A stretch of 64,000 nt of DNA from Waddlia chondrophila WSU 86-1044 (lineage in GTDB: Bacteria; Chlamydiota; Chlamydiia; Chlamydiales; CAMCWV01). A program made the position numbers and the translations under genes. Of the stretch, positions 55,547 to 64,000 are shown piece by piece; position 1 is the first letter of the stretch; the number at the start of each line of letters is the position of its first letter. The stretch lies in contig CAMCWV010000005.1 in NCBI GenBank assembly GCA_945882915.1, positions 18,647 to 82,646 on the forward strand. Reading direction: 5' to 3'. The notes under the pieces are model-generated. The model ran no database searches. It was not told the origin of the DNA and was given only the letters and a program-made list of their open reading frames with translations.

Positions 55547-56284
55547 CTATGAAGTGCAGTTTCGGAGGGCTGCAATGGCCACAGCCATATCAGGAGCTTG
55601 GAAAAGATGGGTCCCCGCTACAAGAATATTGGCTCCAGCCTTAACACATAATTTCGCAGTCTCAAGATTGATCCCCCCATCCACCTGAATATCAAGAGGC
55701 GGTAACTTAGGAGTAGAGTCTCCTGGCTTTTGAATCACTCCTCCGGCTCGAATATGGTGTTTGTCCACGAATCCACGTGTGAACCTAATTTTTTCAAGCA
55801 CCTTAGGCATAAAAGCCTGGCCACCATGACCAGGGGGAACAGTCATCAGCAAAATAAGATCGACCTTATCCAAATAATTAATCACCATGCTATCCGAGGT
55901 TTCTGGACAAAACGCCAAGCCCGCCTTAACCCTTTGCCCATTCACATTGCATTTGCGAATGTAATGCAAAAGATCGGCAACATTTTCGGTCGCTTCAAAA
56001 TGGAAAGTGATCTGGTTAGCTCCTGCTTTCACAAAAGGCTCAACCCAATTCTCTGGGGCATGGACCATAATATGCACATCTAAAAACATTTTAGGCACAG
56101 CCCTTCTAACCGCTGCAACAGCTCTTGGGCCAAGCGTAAGATTAGAGGCAAAATGACCATCCATAATATCAATATGCAATGTGTCGGCGCCAGAAGCTTC
56201 AATGCGTTTGGCTTCTTCTGCAAGACGGCCAAAATCTCCAGCCAAAAGAGAAGGAGAAATTTTAATATCAGCCTTATTAATCAC
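55547..56284 (-). CDS. rpe: ribulose-phosphate 3-epimerase
   Basis: ISPSLLAGDF, LHIDIMDGHF, and the VDGG...AGA pattern. Confidence 0.92.
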   Translation of the reverse strand: MINKADIKISPSLLAGDFGRLAEEAKRIEASGADTLHIDIMDGHFASNLTLGPRAVAAVRRAVPKMFLDVHIMVHAPENWVEPFVKAGANQITFHFEATENVADLLHYIRKCNVNGQRVKAGLAFCPETSDSMVINYLDKVDLILLMTVPPGHGGQAFMPKVLEKIRFTRGFVDKHHIRAGGVIQKPGDSTPKLPPLDIQVDGGINLETAKLCVKAGANILVAGTHLFQAPDMAVAIAALRNCTS

Positions 56285-56303
56285 AAGAAATCCTTAAAAA
56301 ATC

Positions 56304-57602
56304 TTAGTTTTCAAATGTCAATATTTTAGGAAGCCTCTCAGTGGCCTGGTAAGGACCAGTAATAGCAATGTTCATAGCAGAAGAGATGAAAATCTCTTTA
56401 GCACACTGGTGAACCTGCTCTGCAGTGACAGCCTCGATCTTCTTACAAAAATCTTCTGTAGAAAAGTTCCGGTCGCGCGTCAGAAGTTTTTCCCCTGCCC
56501 ACAGCATACTCGCCATCGAGTTTTCCATATCTTGCAACGTCTGTCCAATAATATAACGCTTTGCCCTAGCAAGCTCCTTTGGCGTTACCTTTTGATTGCA
56601 AAGCTCTTTCAAGACTTTCATGCTCGCTTCAATGCAGACATCTACTTTATTTCTTTCTAAACTAGACTGCACATAAAAACAGCCCACATCGTCATATAAA
56701 TCTAAGGCCGAAGTGATGTGATAGGCAAAGCCGTGCTTTTCTCGAATCTCCTGGAAAAGCCGTGAGCTCATATTCTCACCGACAATCGTATTAAGCACAC
56801 GCAAACTCCATCTACGAGAGTCGTAACGATCTGAGCAGAAAACACCAAACTGCAAATGGCACTGTTCGGTTTCTTTGATTTCGACTTGAACACGGAGCGT
56901 CGACTGCTCGGGCTTAAATCTAACGCACTCCTCTCTAACACCGCTGCGGAACCTCTGCGAATGCTGCTTTGCCCAGTCTACCACTTGAGAGTGCTTAATA
57001 GCCCCGGCAACAGCTATGACGGTATTTGGAGCAATGTAATACCTTTCGTAAAAGGCCCTTAACTGCTCAGCCGTTATTTTAGAGACGCTATCTTCTGTCC
57101 CCAAAATCCAGTTTCCAAGTGGATGCCCAGGAAAAACTACTGATGAGAACAGATCGTTAATAAAGCTGCTAGGCTGATCTTCGCAAGAGTGAATCTCCTC
57201 AATGATCACCTCTCTCTCTTTCTCTAAATCATCGAGATTGAAAAGAGGCGCCGTGTACATATCTAAAAGAACGTCCATACAATCACGGAAGCTCTCTGGC
57301 AAAGCTTTCACGTAGAAACAGGTGCTCTCTTCTGTTGTGTACCCATTAATTGAGCCGCCAGCACCTTCGATGCTTTCGCTAATTCCCTTAGCCGAATACT
57401 TAGATCCTCCCTTAAAGAGCATATGCTCAATAAAGTGGGACATCCCCATCTCTGCTGGTTTTTCAAAACGAGACCCAACACCAGCAAAGAGGCCAGCAGA
57501 GACCGTATAGGCGCTAGGCATCTCGACCGTGACCACCTGAAGTCCATTATCTAATAGGCTGCTCTCAATGTTTTCTTTAGGTAAAGGAATCATGTTTTTC
57601 AA
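56304..57602 (-). CDS. M16-family (insulinase-like) zinc peptidase
   Basis: HFIEHMLFKG (HxxEH) motif, about 430 aa, two-domain layout. Confidence 0.88.
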   Translation of the reverse strand: MKNMIPLPKENIESSLLDNGLQVVTVEMPSAYTVSAGLFAGVGSRFEKPAEMGMSHFIEHMLFKGGSKYSAKGISESIEGAGGSINGYTTEESTCFYVKALPESFRDCMDVLLDMYTAPLFNLDDLEKEREVIIEEIHSCEDQPSSFINDLFSSVVFPGHPLGNWILGTEDSVSKITAEQLRAFYERYYIAPNTVIAVAGAIKHSQVVDWAKQHSQRFRSGVREECVRFKPEQSTLRVQVEIKETEQCHLQFGVFCSDRYDSRRWSLRVLNTIVGENMSSRLFQEIREKHGFAYHITSALDLYDDVGCFYVQSSLERNKVDVCIEASMKVLKELCNQKVTPKELARAKRYIIGQTLQDMENSMASMLWAGEKLLTRDRNFSTEDFCKKIEAVTAEQVHQCAKEIFISSAMNIAITGPYQATERLPKILTFEN

Positions 57603-57614
57603 AAGTTTTTAAGA

Positions 57615-57655
57615 ATTCAGGCCCAGACCGAGATGGCTCACGTGATACTGCTAGC
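57615..57655. repeat. F4 fragment
   Basis: cccagaccgagatggctcacgtgata resembles 50061-50090. Confidence 0.45.
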
Positions 57656-57688
57656 GGCCTCTTATTTTGGTTTTCTCTTTCCCTGTCT

Positions 57689-59974
57689 TTATCCTATTCT
57701 TATTTCTGTGGTTTTTTGTTGCTGCCAGCTCGCGAGCGAGCGCTCAACAGCACTTTGGAACTGCAACTGCAAAGCCGGGTCGTCATTAGAGTAAATATAC
57801 CCTAAACAAGGGCTATCATGAACATTAACAAAGATAGAGGCAAGTTGAATGGGAGAAATCTGTAGAGCCTCAACTTTTTGTTCCACATACTGTTTAAAAG
57901 AGGTGTGAGCCGCAGTTATCAGAACGTAAACAAACCTGTTGTCAGCTCTAGAAGCCACGGCATATGCCTCTGCATGAAAAAAACCTTTCTCTTGAACCTC
58001 TAACAGCATCTTGAAAAGGATTTGCAAAGGAGCCGGTTCTAAAACAGTCCCCATAACTACTGGCGTCAGGGAATAGAAGAAGTTTTCGAGAAGCCATTCG
58101 TTATGGCGAGAAATCCCTTGCAGAGACTCTTTCACAGCACAAAACAGCTCATTTTGTTTGGAAATCATCCCTCCATTGTAGTCTCTTACTTCACCAACAA
58201 TGCGCATCAACTCAGAAATAACCGACTGCCGCGCTTTGTACAGATCAAGAGAGTGATCACTACGAAGGAAGTCAACTTTCTTTAGGCGCACTCTACACAC
58301 AGTAGCTTCTTTTTCGTAACGTTTGCGAAGAGCCCCCACAACCTTTACCCTGTCGGGAACGTACTCCAAAAAGGTATCTGCTCTTTCAAAGAGCTCCTGA
58401 ATAGCTTTGCTATCTGGCTTAAGCAGTCGCAGCAAAATGATAGTAAAAGAAATGGCGGCATCTGTCTGCTCGTCAAATGAAATAATCACTTGCGGCATGT
58501 CCCGCGTGTATTTGAGTTGATGGCTAAGCGAAACAATATTGCGCATCACCTCTTCTTCATTGCGCGGCATGAAAATGGGGTGAATAAGATGCTCAATCCC
58601 CCCTTTTAGATCGGTAGGGATCTGCCTTTTCACAATTTTTAACTCTTCAAGAGAAAACTCTGAGCCATCGTTTTTCTCGACTTCAAGATAAAGTGTCCGA
58701 ATAGGATCAAATCTAGCAGGGTTAGCAAAGAATGACCCCTCTACCAATTTGACACTGGGAATATAGTGCTGCAAGGCCTTGAGAACGTGACGCTCTTCAA
58801 AGACCTCGTAATCCCTAAGAAAGTTCACAGCAACAACAATGCCCAAAACAACTTTAACGCCGCCTGGAGGGTGGTGCAAGCGTGTTTTTCCTAGCTTTAA
58901 GAACACATGGCGCTTGTCGGGGTACTGTTCTATGCATTTGCGAAGTTCTCGGCGGAAAATATAGTGAACGCAAATGATGCGGCTCATATGGCGATATTCA
59001 CGAATGGCTTTAAACTCATTCGTACAAAGCACCAAAAAGTGTTGCATTTCGGAAAAGACGTCATAATCCAAATCTTGAGGACGACGCTTGATTAACATCG
59101 CAATGTTTTCTTGGATCATCGCCGTCTTTACATCAGCAGAGAGCCCTTTAATTTCGAGAATACGGTTGGCATGGTAGATAGAACCTATTCCCAAGCAAAC
59201 TTCTGTTTCGATAATCCTTAGATTACGCTTGATTTTTGCCAGCTCATCTTCAGTCTCTACCCGAAGCATCACTTCTATCATGGTGTACGAGTCATCACTA
59301 AGATCAACCATTCGGAAGTCAGCGGCATAAAATAATACGACATCAATACTCTCTGTTGGAACAAGCCACCTGCTAACCATCTCATAAAAAAACTTAAAGG
59401 CACCTCTACGGTGCTTGTTTAGCATATAGAAAGAGAGATTGAAGGGAGCTTCTTTAAATTCGGAGTGAGCAAAGAGGGGGAGGTGGCGCTTGAAACGGGT
59501 TAGGCACCCTTGGGTAGCTTCAAGACTTTTACCAAAGTCCCAAAAGAGGTCTTGTGGAATAAGGCAGGCGAGCCTTTCTTTAATCACCGAAACGTAAGGG
59601 CGACTGGAAGTGTGAACGTTTATGCCATCGAATACCGTAGTAATCCGAGGGATGTAAGATTGAGACTTAGGCGTCAGTTGGCTTTTGCTTGCATTTAAGC
59701 TTAAATTTGAACTCGCCATGGCGTTCACAGTAGGGAAGTTCTTCTCGCCAGATTGAGAAGGGCGCAAACCGGGTGATCCCGAGAGGTAGCGTAAAGGTGA
59801 CTTTACAAGGGTGATTTGCCTTGTAAAATGACCCGTAGGCATTCGGCCCCCAAAGAGCGCTGAGATGCTTTTTTGGGCCAGAAAGGAAAAATGTCGACGC
59901 TCATTCCGCAGGGACTTCTTCATAAACAGCATCCTGCTGACAAGATCTTCTTTCTTCAGAAATAACAGTTCCAA
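57689..59974 (-). CDS. large hypothetical protein; start uncertain (candidates at 59974, 59932, 59842)
   Basis: 761-codon ORF with no recognisable motif. The longest form overlaps the upstream gene by 74 nt. Confidence 0.65.
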   Translation of the reverse strand: MELLFLKKEDLVSRMLFMKKSLRNERRHFSFLAQKSISALFGGRMPTGHFTRQITLVKSPLRYLSGSPGLRPSQSGEKNFPTVNAMASSNLSLNASKSQLTPKSQSYIPRITTVFDGINVHTSSRPYVSVIKERLACLIPQDLFWDFGKSLEATQGCLTRFKRHLPLFAHSEFKEAPFNLSFYMLNKHRRGAFKFFYEMVSRWLVPTESIDVVLFYAADFRMVDLSDDSYTMIEVMLRVETEDELAKIKRNLRIIETEVCLGIGSIYHANRILEIKGLSADVKTAMIQENIAMLIKRRPQDLDYDVFSEMQHFLVLCTNEFKAIREYRHMSRIICVHYIFRRELRKCIEQYPDKRHVFLKLGKTRLHHPPGGVKVVLGIVVAVNFLRDYEVFEERHVLKALQHYIPSVKLVEGSFFANPARFDPIRTLYLEVEKNDGSEFSLEELKIVKRQIPTDLKGGIEHLIHPIFMPRNEEEVMRNIVSLSHQLKYTRDMPQVIISFDEQTDAAISFTIILLRLLKPDSKAIQELFERADTFLEYVPDRVKVVGALRKRYEKEATVCRVRLKKVDFLRSDHSLDLYKARQSVISELMRIVGEVRDYNGGMISKQNELFCAVKESLQGISRHNEWLLENFFYSLTPVVMGTVLEPAPLQILFKMLLEVQEKGFFHAEAYAVASRADNRFVYVLITAAHTSFKQYVEQKVEALQISPIQLASIFVNVHDSPCLGYIYSNDDPALQLQFQSAVERSLASWQQQKTTEIRIG

Positions 59975-60710
59975 GCTGATGATTAGAACCTACATGGGTA
60001 GCCACATCATGAAAGGACAGGACATGTAATGGTAAACCATTTCTTCCTGCTAAAGCAATACATCGCTCGTGCAAGACCTGGCCGCCACCATTTTTAACAA
60101 TTTTTAAGGCTTCCTCATAACTAAGAGAGGAGAGGAGCTTAGCTCCCGGCTTTTTCTTTGGATCTTCCTCAAAAATTCCAGCAACATCTTTAAAAAATTC
60201 GACTTTATCGGCCTTAAGGGCAAGCCCTAATGCAACAGCGGTTGTATCGGAGCCTCCCCTTCCAAGAGTGGTAATTTCCCCTTCTTGACTCACCCCTTGA
60301 AAACCCGCAACAATAACAATGGTTCCTTGCTCAAGGTGGGGAAGCAATCGGTGAGGCCTTACTTCAATAATACGAGCATCGGAATGGGTGCCTGATGTGA
60401 TAATGCCCGATTGACTTCCTGTAAAACTAATCGCCTTTTTCTTTTTGGCAGCTAAGGCCATTGCTAAAAGAGAGATGCTAATTCTTTCTCCGACCGTGAT
60501 AAGCATATCATATTCGCGGCGCGGCGGGTCGCTATTTACCTCTTTTGCCAGAGCAATGAGCTGGTCTGTCATATCACCCATCGCGCTGACAACAACAGCT
60601 ACCTGTCGGTACTCTTTTGCTTTTGCGACAATGATATCGGCAATTTTTGAAAAATGGGCGGGGGTTTCGACAGCTGCGCCACCAAATTTCATTATTAACG
60701 TGCTTTTCAT
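59901..60710 (-). CDS. lysC: aspartate kinase catalytic domain only (no ACT regulatory domains)
   Basis: MKFGGAAV, VVVSAMGDMTD and LGRGGSDTTAVALG. 269 aa against roughly 400 or more for canonical enzymes. aaggag lies 9 nt before the ATG. Confidence 0.8.
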   Translation of the reverse strand: MKSTLIMKFGGAAVETPAHFSKIADIIVAKAKEYRQVAVVVSAMGDMTDQLIALAKEVNSDPPRREYDMLITVGERISISLLAMALAAKKKKAISFTGSQSGIITSGTHSDARIIEVRPHRLLPHLEQGTIVIVAGFQGVSQEGEITTLGRGGSDTTAVALGLALKADKVEFFKDVAGIFEEDPKKKPGAKLLSSLSYEEALKIVKNGGGQVLHERCIALAGRNGLPLHVLSFHDVATHVGSNHQLGTVISEERRSCQQDAVYEEVPAE

Positions 60711-60749
60711 GGGCCTAAGACTCCTTGAACTCTATCCGGCAGAGTACTA

Positions 60750-60916
60750 ATATACTCCTCGTAGCTGAAAATGGGAATTTGGACGGCGCCAAAGCCCCGG
60801 GGCTGAACGATCGTAAGTACCCTTTGTATTTCTAATACTAAGGCACTTACGATCATTCAGCCGCGGGAGCTTTCGCGCTAGCCCAAATTCTCGTTTTCAA
60901 CTACGAGGAGTATATA
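60750..60916 (+). repeat. F1 element, long form
   Basis: Full palindrome. Confidence 0.9.
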
Positions 60917-61007
60917 TTCCTTTTAGCTGAAAATGGGAATTTGGGCTAGCGCGAAAGCTCCCGCGGCTGAATGATCGCAAGTCGCCCAATATTAAAAATA
61001 TACTCCT
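60911..61007 (-). repeat. F1 element, truncated (left half only)
   Basis: tatatattccttttagctgaaaatgggaatttgggctagcgcgaaagctcccgcggctgaatgatcgcaag, then diverges. Confidence 0.8.
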
Positions 61008-61096
61008 CTTAGCTGAAAACGGGAATTTGGATGGCGCCAAAGCCCCGGGGCTTTGGCGCCATCCAAATTCCCGTTTTCACCTAAGAGGAGTATATA
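61008..61096. repeat. F1 element, medium form, near-perfect palindrome
   Basis: ...ggatggcgccaaagccccggggctttggcgccatcc..., with TCTTA/TAAGA termini. Confidence 0.9.
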
Positions 61097-61156
61097 GTCT
61101 CATTCGTCAACACTTCTTCTTGACACCCTTATTAAAGTCCTTAAAAGGAAGATTTC

Positions 61157-61549
61157 ATGTTCATTATAAAAAGAACCTACCACTTTGAAGCTGGACACAA
61201 CCTGCCGCTCGTCAAAGGAAAGTGCCAAACACCTCATGGCCACTCTTTTCTCTTAATAGTAAGTTTAAAGTCCCCAACTCTCAAGACAAAAGGGGCAGAA
61301 AAAAACATGATCACCCCTTTTGAAAAGATTGATGCCCTTGTCATGCCGATGATGCAAAAGTGGTTTGACCACAAATGGCTAAACGAAAGCCTCAAAACAG
61401 ACGCTCCTACTTGTGAGTTTATGGCTAAGTGGATTTATGACCACCTAAAGCCAAGCCTTCCCGCCCTCTACTCGATTGAAGTCTCTGAAAACGCTCTCTG
61501 CACCGCCATTTATATACTCCGCTTAGCTGAAAATGGAAGTTTGGGCTAG
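61157..61549 (+). CDS. queD: 6-carboxytetrahydropterin / 6-pyruvoyl-tetrahydropterin synthase family; the last ~12 codons are F1-derived
   Basis: YHFEAGHNLP and C..PHGHSF catalytic motifs. The tail YILRLAENGSLG is encoded by the F1 element. Confidence 0.8.
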   Translation: MFIIKRTYHFEAGHNLPLVKGKCQTPHGHSFLLIVSLKSPTLKTKGAEKNMITPFEKIDALVMPMMQKWFDHKWLNESLKTDAPTCEFMAKWIYDHLKPSLPALYSIEVSENALCTAIYILRLAENGSLG

Positions 61550-61595
61550 CGCGAAAGCTAGCCCAAACTTCCATTTTCAGCTAAGCGGAGTATAT
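61511..61595. repeat. F1 element, short-medium form, perfect palindrome
   Basis: tatatactccgcttagctgaaaatggaagtttgggctagcgcgaaagctagcccaaacttccattttcagctaagcggagtatat. Confidence 0.9.
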
Positions 61596-61596
61596 T

Positions 61597-61756
61597 AAGC
61601 CACGGTCAGTGGCTACATTTCTCACAGAAAGGGTGTCGCCGCTGGCCGCGGCCCTGCGTTTTTTATACGCATTTCCGTAGGTTCCCTTCGGTCACCTGCG
61701 GCTAGCATCTGCCGCGGCTTCGCCGCTTAATTACCGCTGCCGCGGTTCAAATAACC
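61597..61756 (-). repeat. F6 element, half form
   Basis: Reverse complement of about 48920-49075 (aagccacggtcagtgg..gccgctggccgcggccctgcg...gctagcatctgccgcggcttcgccgcttaattaccgctgccgcggtt). Confidence 0.8.
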
Positions 61757-61944
61757 AAGAAGATTCTTCATGCGACTGCCCTTCCACATCCCCTGTAAGC
61801 ATCAAATTACTATTTGTACAATCGCCCCGGCCCAGCGCTCCTCCTGAGCTACTGCCTGGTTTTAACCTTATCTTTTGATTGCGTTTTTCGAGGTACTTCT
61901 ATATACTGATTACATTTATTATAAACTTCAGGAGAAACCCTTAA

Positions 61945-63795
61945 ATGTCCAAACCTTCATCAAACCTTCTTCAAGCCACTCTAACAACTCAGGCAGCTTC
62001 CCCCTATACATGGGATTCATATAACGCAAGTAACATTCAATGCAATGCGGCCGACCTTAAAGAGTTTACAGATCTGCTAGAGAGTGGAGCAGAAGAGTCA
62101 AATCCTAACGCAGCTTCTGTTAGGCTTGCAGGTTGTATTGTTAAAGGAACTGTTGTTGAAATAACTAAAGACTACGTCGTTGTAGATGTGGGCCAAAAAT
62201 CAGAAGGGCTTGTCTCTGTTAGCGAATTCCCAAACCTATCAGAGATTTCTATTGGTAGCCTTTGTGACGTTCTTATAGACCAAACTGAAGACGAAAACGG
62301 ACAAATGTGCCTTTCTTATGAGAAAGCAGACCGTATTAAGCAGTGGGAAAACATCTCTAAAAATGCACAAGAAGGGTCTATTGTTATCGGCGAAATCACT
62401 CACAAAGTTAAAGGCGGTTTGATAGTCAATATCGGAGAAACTGGCACAGTGGAAGCATTCCTCCCTGGCTCACAAATTGACAACAAGCGCATTAAAAGCC
62501 TTGATGATTACATCGGACATCGCCTTGAGTTCAAAATTATTAAGATCAACATGAAGCGTAAAAACATCGTTATTTCTCGCCGTGAACTCCTGGAAGCTTG
62601 CCGCAATTCTAACAAAGCCAAAATGCTCGAGACACTCAAAGAAGGCAGCATTGTTAAGGGTACCGTGAAAAACATCACAGACTTCGGTGTCTTCTTAGAC
62701 CTCGACGGTGTTGACGGTCTACTCCACATCACAGACATGTCTTGGAAAAGAATTAAGCATCCTTCTGAGATGGTCACCCTAGGCGCAGTGCTTGAAGTTA
62801 AAATCCTCACTATCGATAAAGACAAAGGACGTATTGCCCTCGGCCTCAAACAACTAGAGCCAAATCCATGGGATCAAATCGAGTCAAAATACCCACCAGG
62901 AACGGTTGTAGAAGGGAAAATTGTTAACCTCCTTTCTTACGGCGCGTTCATCGAGCTCGAGCCTGGTGTCGAAGGCCTTATCCACGTTTCTGAAATGTCA
63001 TGGACAAAAACTATATCTGATCCTAACGAAATTGTTAAGAAAGGCCAGACAGTTAAAGCGATCGTTCTTTCTGTTCAAAAAGCAGACGGGAAAATCTCTC
63101 TGGGGATCAAACAAACAGAGGACGATCCTTGGAAAGCAGCTGTTTTAAAGTACCCAATCAGCGAGATCGTCACAGTAGAAGTAATCGGCTTAAATAGCTA
63201 TGGCGCTTTTGTTGAGGTAGAGCCAGGGATTAATGGCCTTGTCCACATCTCTGATCTGAGCTGGACTAAGAAAATTTCACACCCTTCTGAAACGCTTAAA
63301 AAGGGAGATAAAATCAGCGCAAAGATCTTGTCTGTCGACACAGAAAACAAAAAGATCACACTTGGTGTCAAGCAGCTAGGAACAAATCCTTGGGATGTCA
63401 TAAAAAATACTATGCCTGAAGGATCAATTGTTGAGGTGAAGATTGCAAAAACAACAGCCTTCGGTGTTTTTGTAAATATCGTTGCATTCGATGATGTTGA
63501 GGCTCTTATCCACTCATCAGAACTATCTGATGCCTCCTTCGCAACAGTAGATGAGGCGGTAAAGAGGTGGAAAGAGACTCAGGGTGATAAACCACTTACG
63601 GCAAGGGTTCTTAAGCTCGATTCTGAAGCTAAAAAGATTGCCCTCTCTTGTAAAGACCCCTCTGCAAACAACGATGGCGGCAGAGATAAGATCACTGTTC
63701 CTGGACGTCAGGCTCAAGGAACTGCTTCCAAAAGCTCAGCTAGTCTCAGCGACTTGAGCGAATTGCTTGCAGCTTATCGTGAAACAAAGAAATAA
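61945..63795 (+). CDS. rpsA: 30S ribosomal protein S1 (six S1 domains, N-terminal extension)
   Basis: Repeated G..V.G.V..I..FGAFV.L..GV.GL.H.SE.SW pattern, six times. Confidence 0.95.
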   Translation: MSKPSSNLLQATLTTQAASPYTWDSYNASNIQCNAADLKEFTDLLESGAEESNPNAASVRLAGCIVKGTVVEITKDYVVVDVGQKSEGLVSVSEFPNLSEISIGSLCDVLIDQTEDENGQMCLSYEKADRIKQWENISKNAQEGSIVIGEITHKVKGGLIVNIGETGTVEAFLPGSQIDNKRIKSLDDYIGHRLEFKIIKINMKRKNIVISRRELLEACRNSNKAKMLETLKEGSIVKGTVKNITDFGVFLDLDGVDGLLHITDMSWKRIKHPSEMVTLGAVLEVKILTIDKDKGRIALGLKQLEPNPWDQIESKYPPGTVVEGKIVNLLSYGAFIELEPGVEGLIHVSEMSWTKTISDPNEIVKKGQTVKAIVLSVQKADGKISLGIKQTEDDPWKAAVLKYPISEIVTVEVIGLNSYGAFVEVEPGINGLVHISDLSWTKKISHPSETLKKGDKISAKILSVDTENKKITLGVKQLGTNPWDVIKNTMPEGSIVEVKIAKTTAFGVFVNIVAFDDVEALIHSSELSDASFATVDEAVKRWKETQGDKPLTARVLKLDSEAKKIALSCKDPSANNDGGRDKITVPGRQAQGTASKSSASLSDLSELLAAYRETKK

Positions 63796-63831
63796 CGCCC
63801 TGCGGGAACCGTACGTTTATTCGTTAACCTA

Positions 63832-63858
63832 AAAACCGAAGGGCAACCTTCGGTTTTT
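63832..63858 (+). terminator. intrinsic terminator/attenuator after rpsA
   Basis: aaccgaagg gcaa ccttcggtt followed by ttt. Confidence 0.65.
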
Positions 63859-63899
63859 GCATCATTATCAACGACCAACAATGACAGAGATCGATACTT

Positions 63900-64000
63900 A
63901 TGAACAAAGACCTAATTGCCCTCTTGGAATACTTCCAGAATGATAAAGGGATCCCAACAGAAGTTCTCATTTCAGCCATCGAAGAAGCAATTTGCATTGC
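63900..64000 (+). CDS. nusA: transcription termination/antitermination factor NusA, 5' part (runs off the window)
   Basis: MNKDLIALLEYFQNDKGIPTEVLISAIEEAI resembles the NusA N-terminus. Position after rpsA. Confidence 0.7.
   Translation, partial: MNKDLIALLEYFQNDKGIPTEVLISAIEEAICI

Overview
The gene content fits a chromosomal segment of an environmental member of the Chlamydiota, an inference I could not confirm by search. The evidence is a CADD/CT610-type protein, rpe-efp-accB-accC and rpsA-nusA gene order as I recall for Chlamydia trachomatis, a Pkn1-like kinase-FGE fusion, an H+-pyrophosphatase and a mitochondrial-type aconitase. I can support about 55 protein genes (mostly housekeeping), 4 tRNAs (Thr-Tyr on the minus strand, Val-Asp on the plus strand), one decayed IS3-family element and 3 clear intrinsic terminators.

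The dominant feature is repeat saturation: almost every intergenic region holds members of at least six families of palindromic, MITE/REP-like repeats.
- F1 has TATATACTCC...GGAGTATATA ends and size classes of about 75, 100 and 167 bp, with 18 substantial copies plus about 8 terminal fragments.
- F2 is about 190-260 bp with CTTTGGAGTGCTGGGAC ends and CGACATGTCG hairpins; there are 6 copies.
- F3 is a small CTCTGYGTTTCAAA...TTTGAAACACAGAG palindrome.
- F4 has a GAAGGTAACGTGGACCGCCTAAGG core.
- F5 is about 90-135 nt, with 4 copies.
- F6 is a GC-rich unit of about 160-250 bp, with 2 copies.
- F7 is a 48-nt piece shared with the IS3 remnant.

F1 ends repeatedly coincide with gene boundaries. They supply stop codons and C-terminal tails for four genes and Shine-Dalgarno/start contexts for four others.

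Other notable items:
- A GC-rich ilvB-ilvN (acetolactate synthase) islet of foreign composition.
- A spacer-less 68-bp tandem array.
- A collagen-like/C1q-like secreted protein containing an 18-nt repeat array.
- A predicted pseudokinase-FGE fusion.
- An accessory islet next to tRNA-Tyr/Thr: the IS3 remnant plus a wHTH/nucleotidyltransferase pair.
- Two adjacent effector-like hypothetical proteins.

I saw no CRISPR array, rRNA or recognisable defence operon. All homology calls rest on motifs read by eye.
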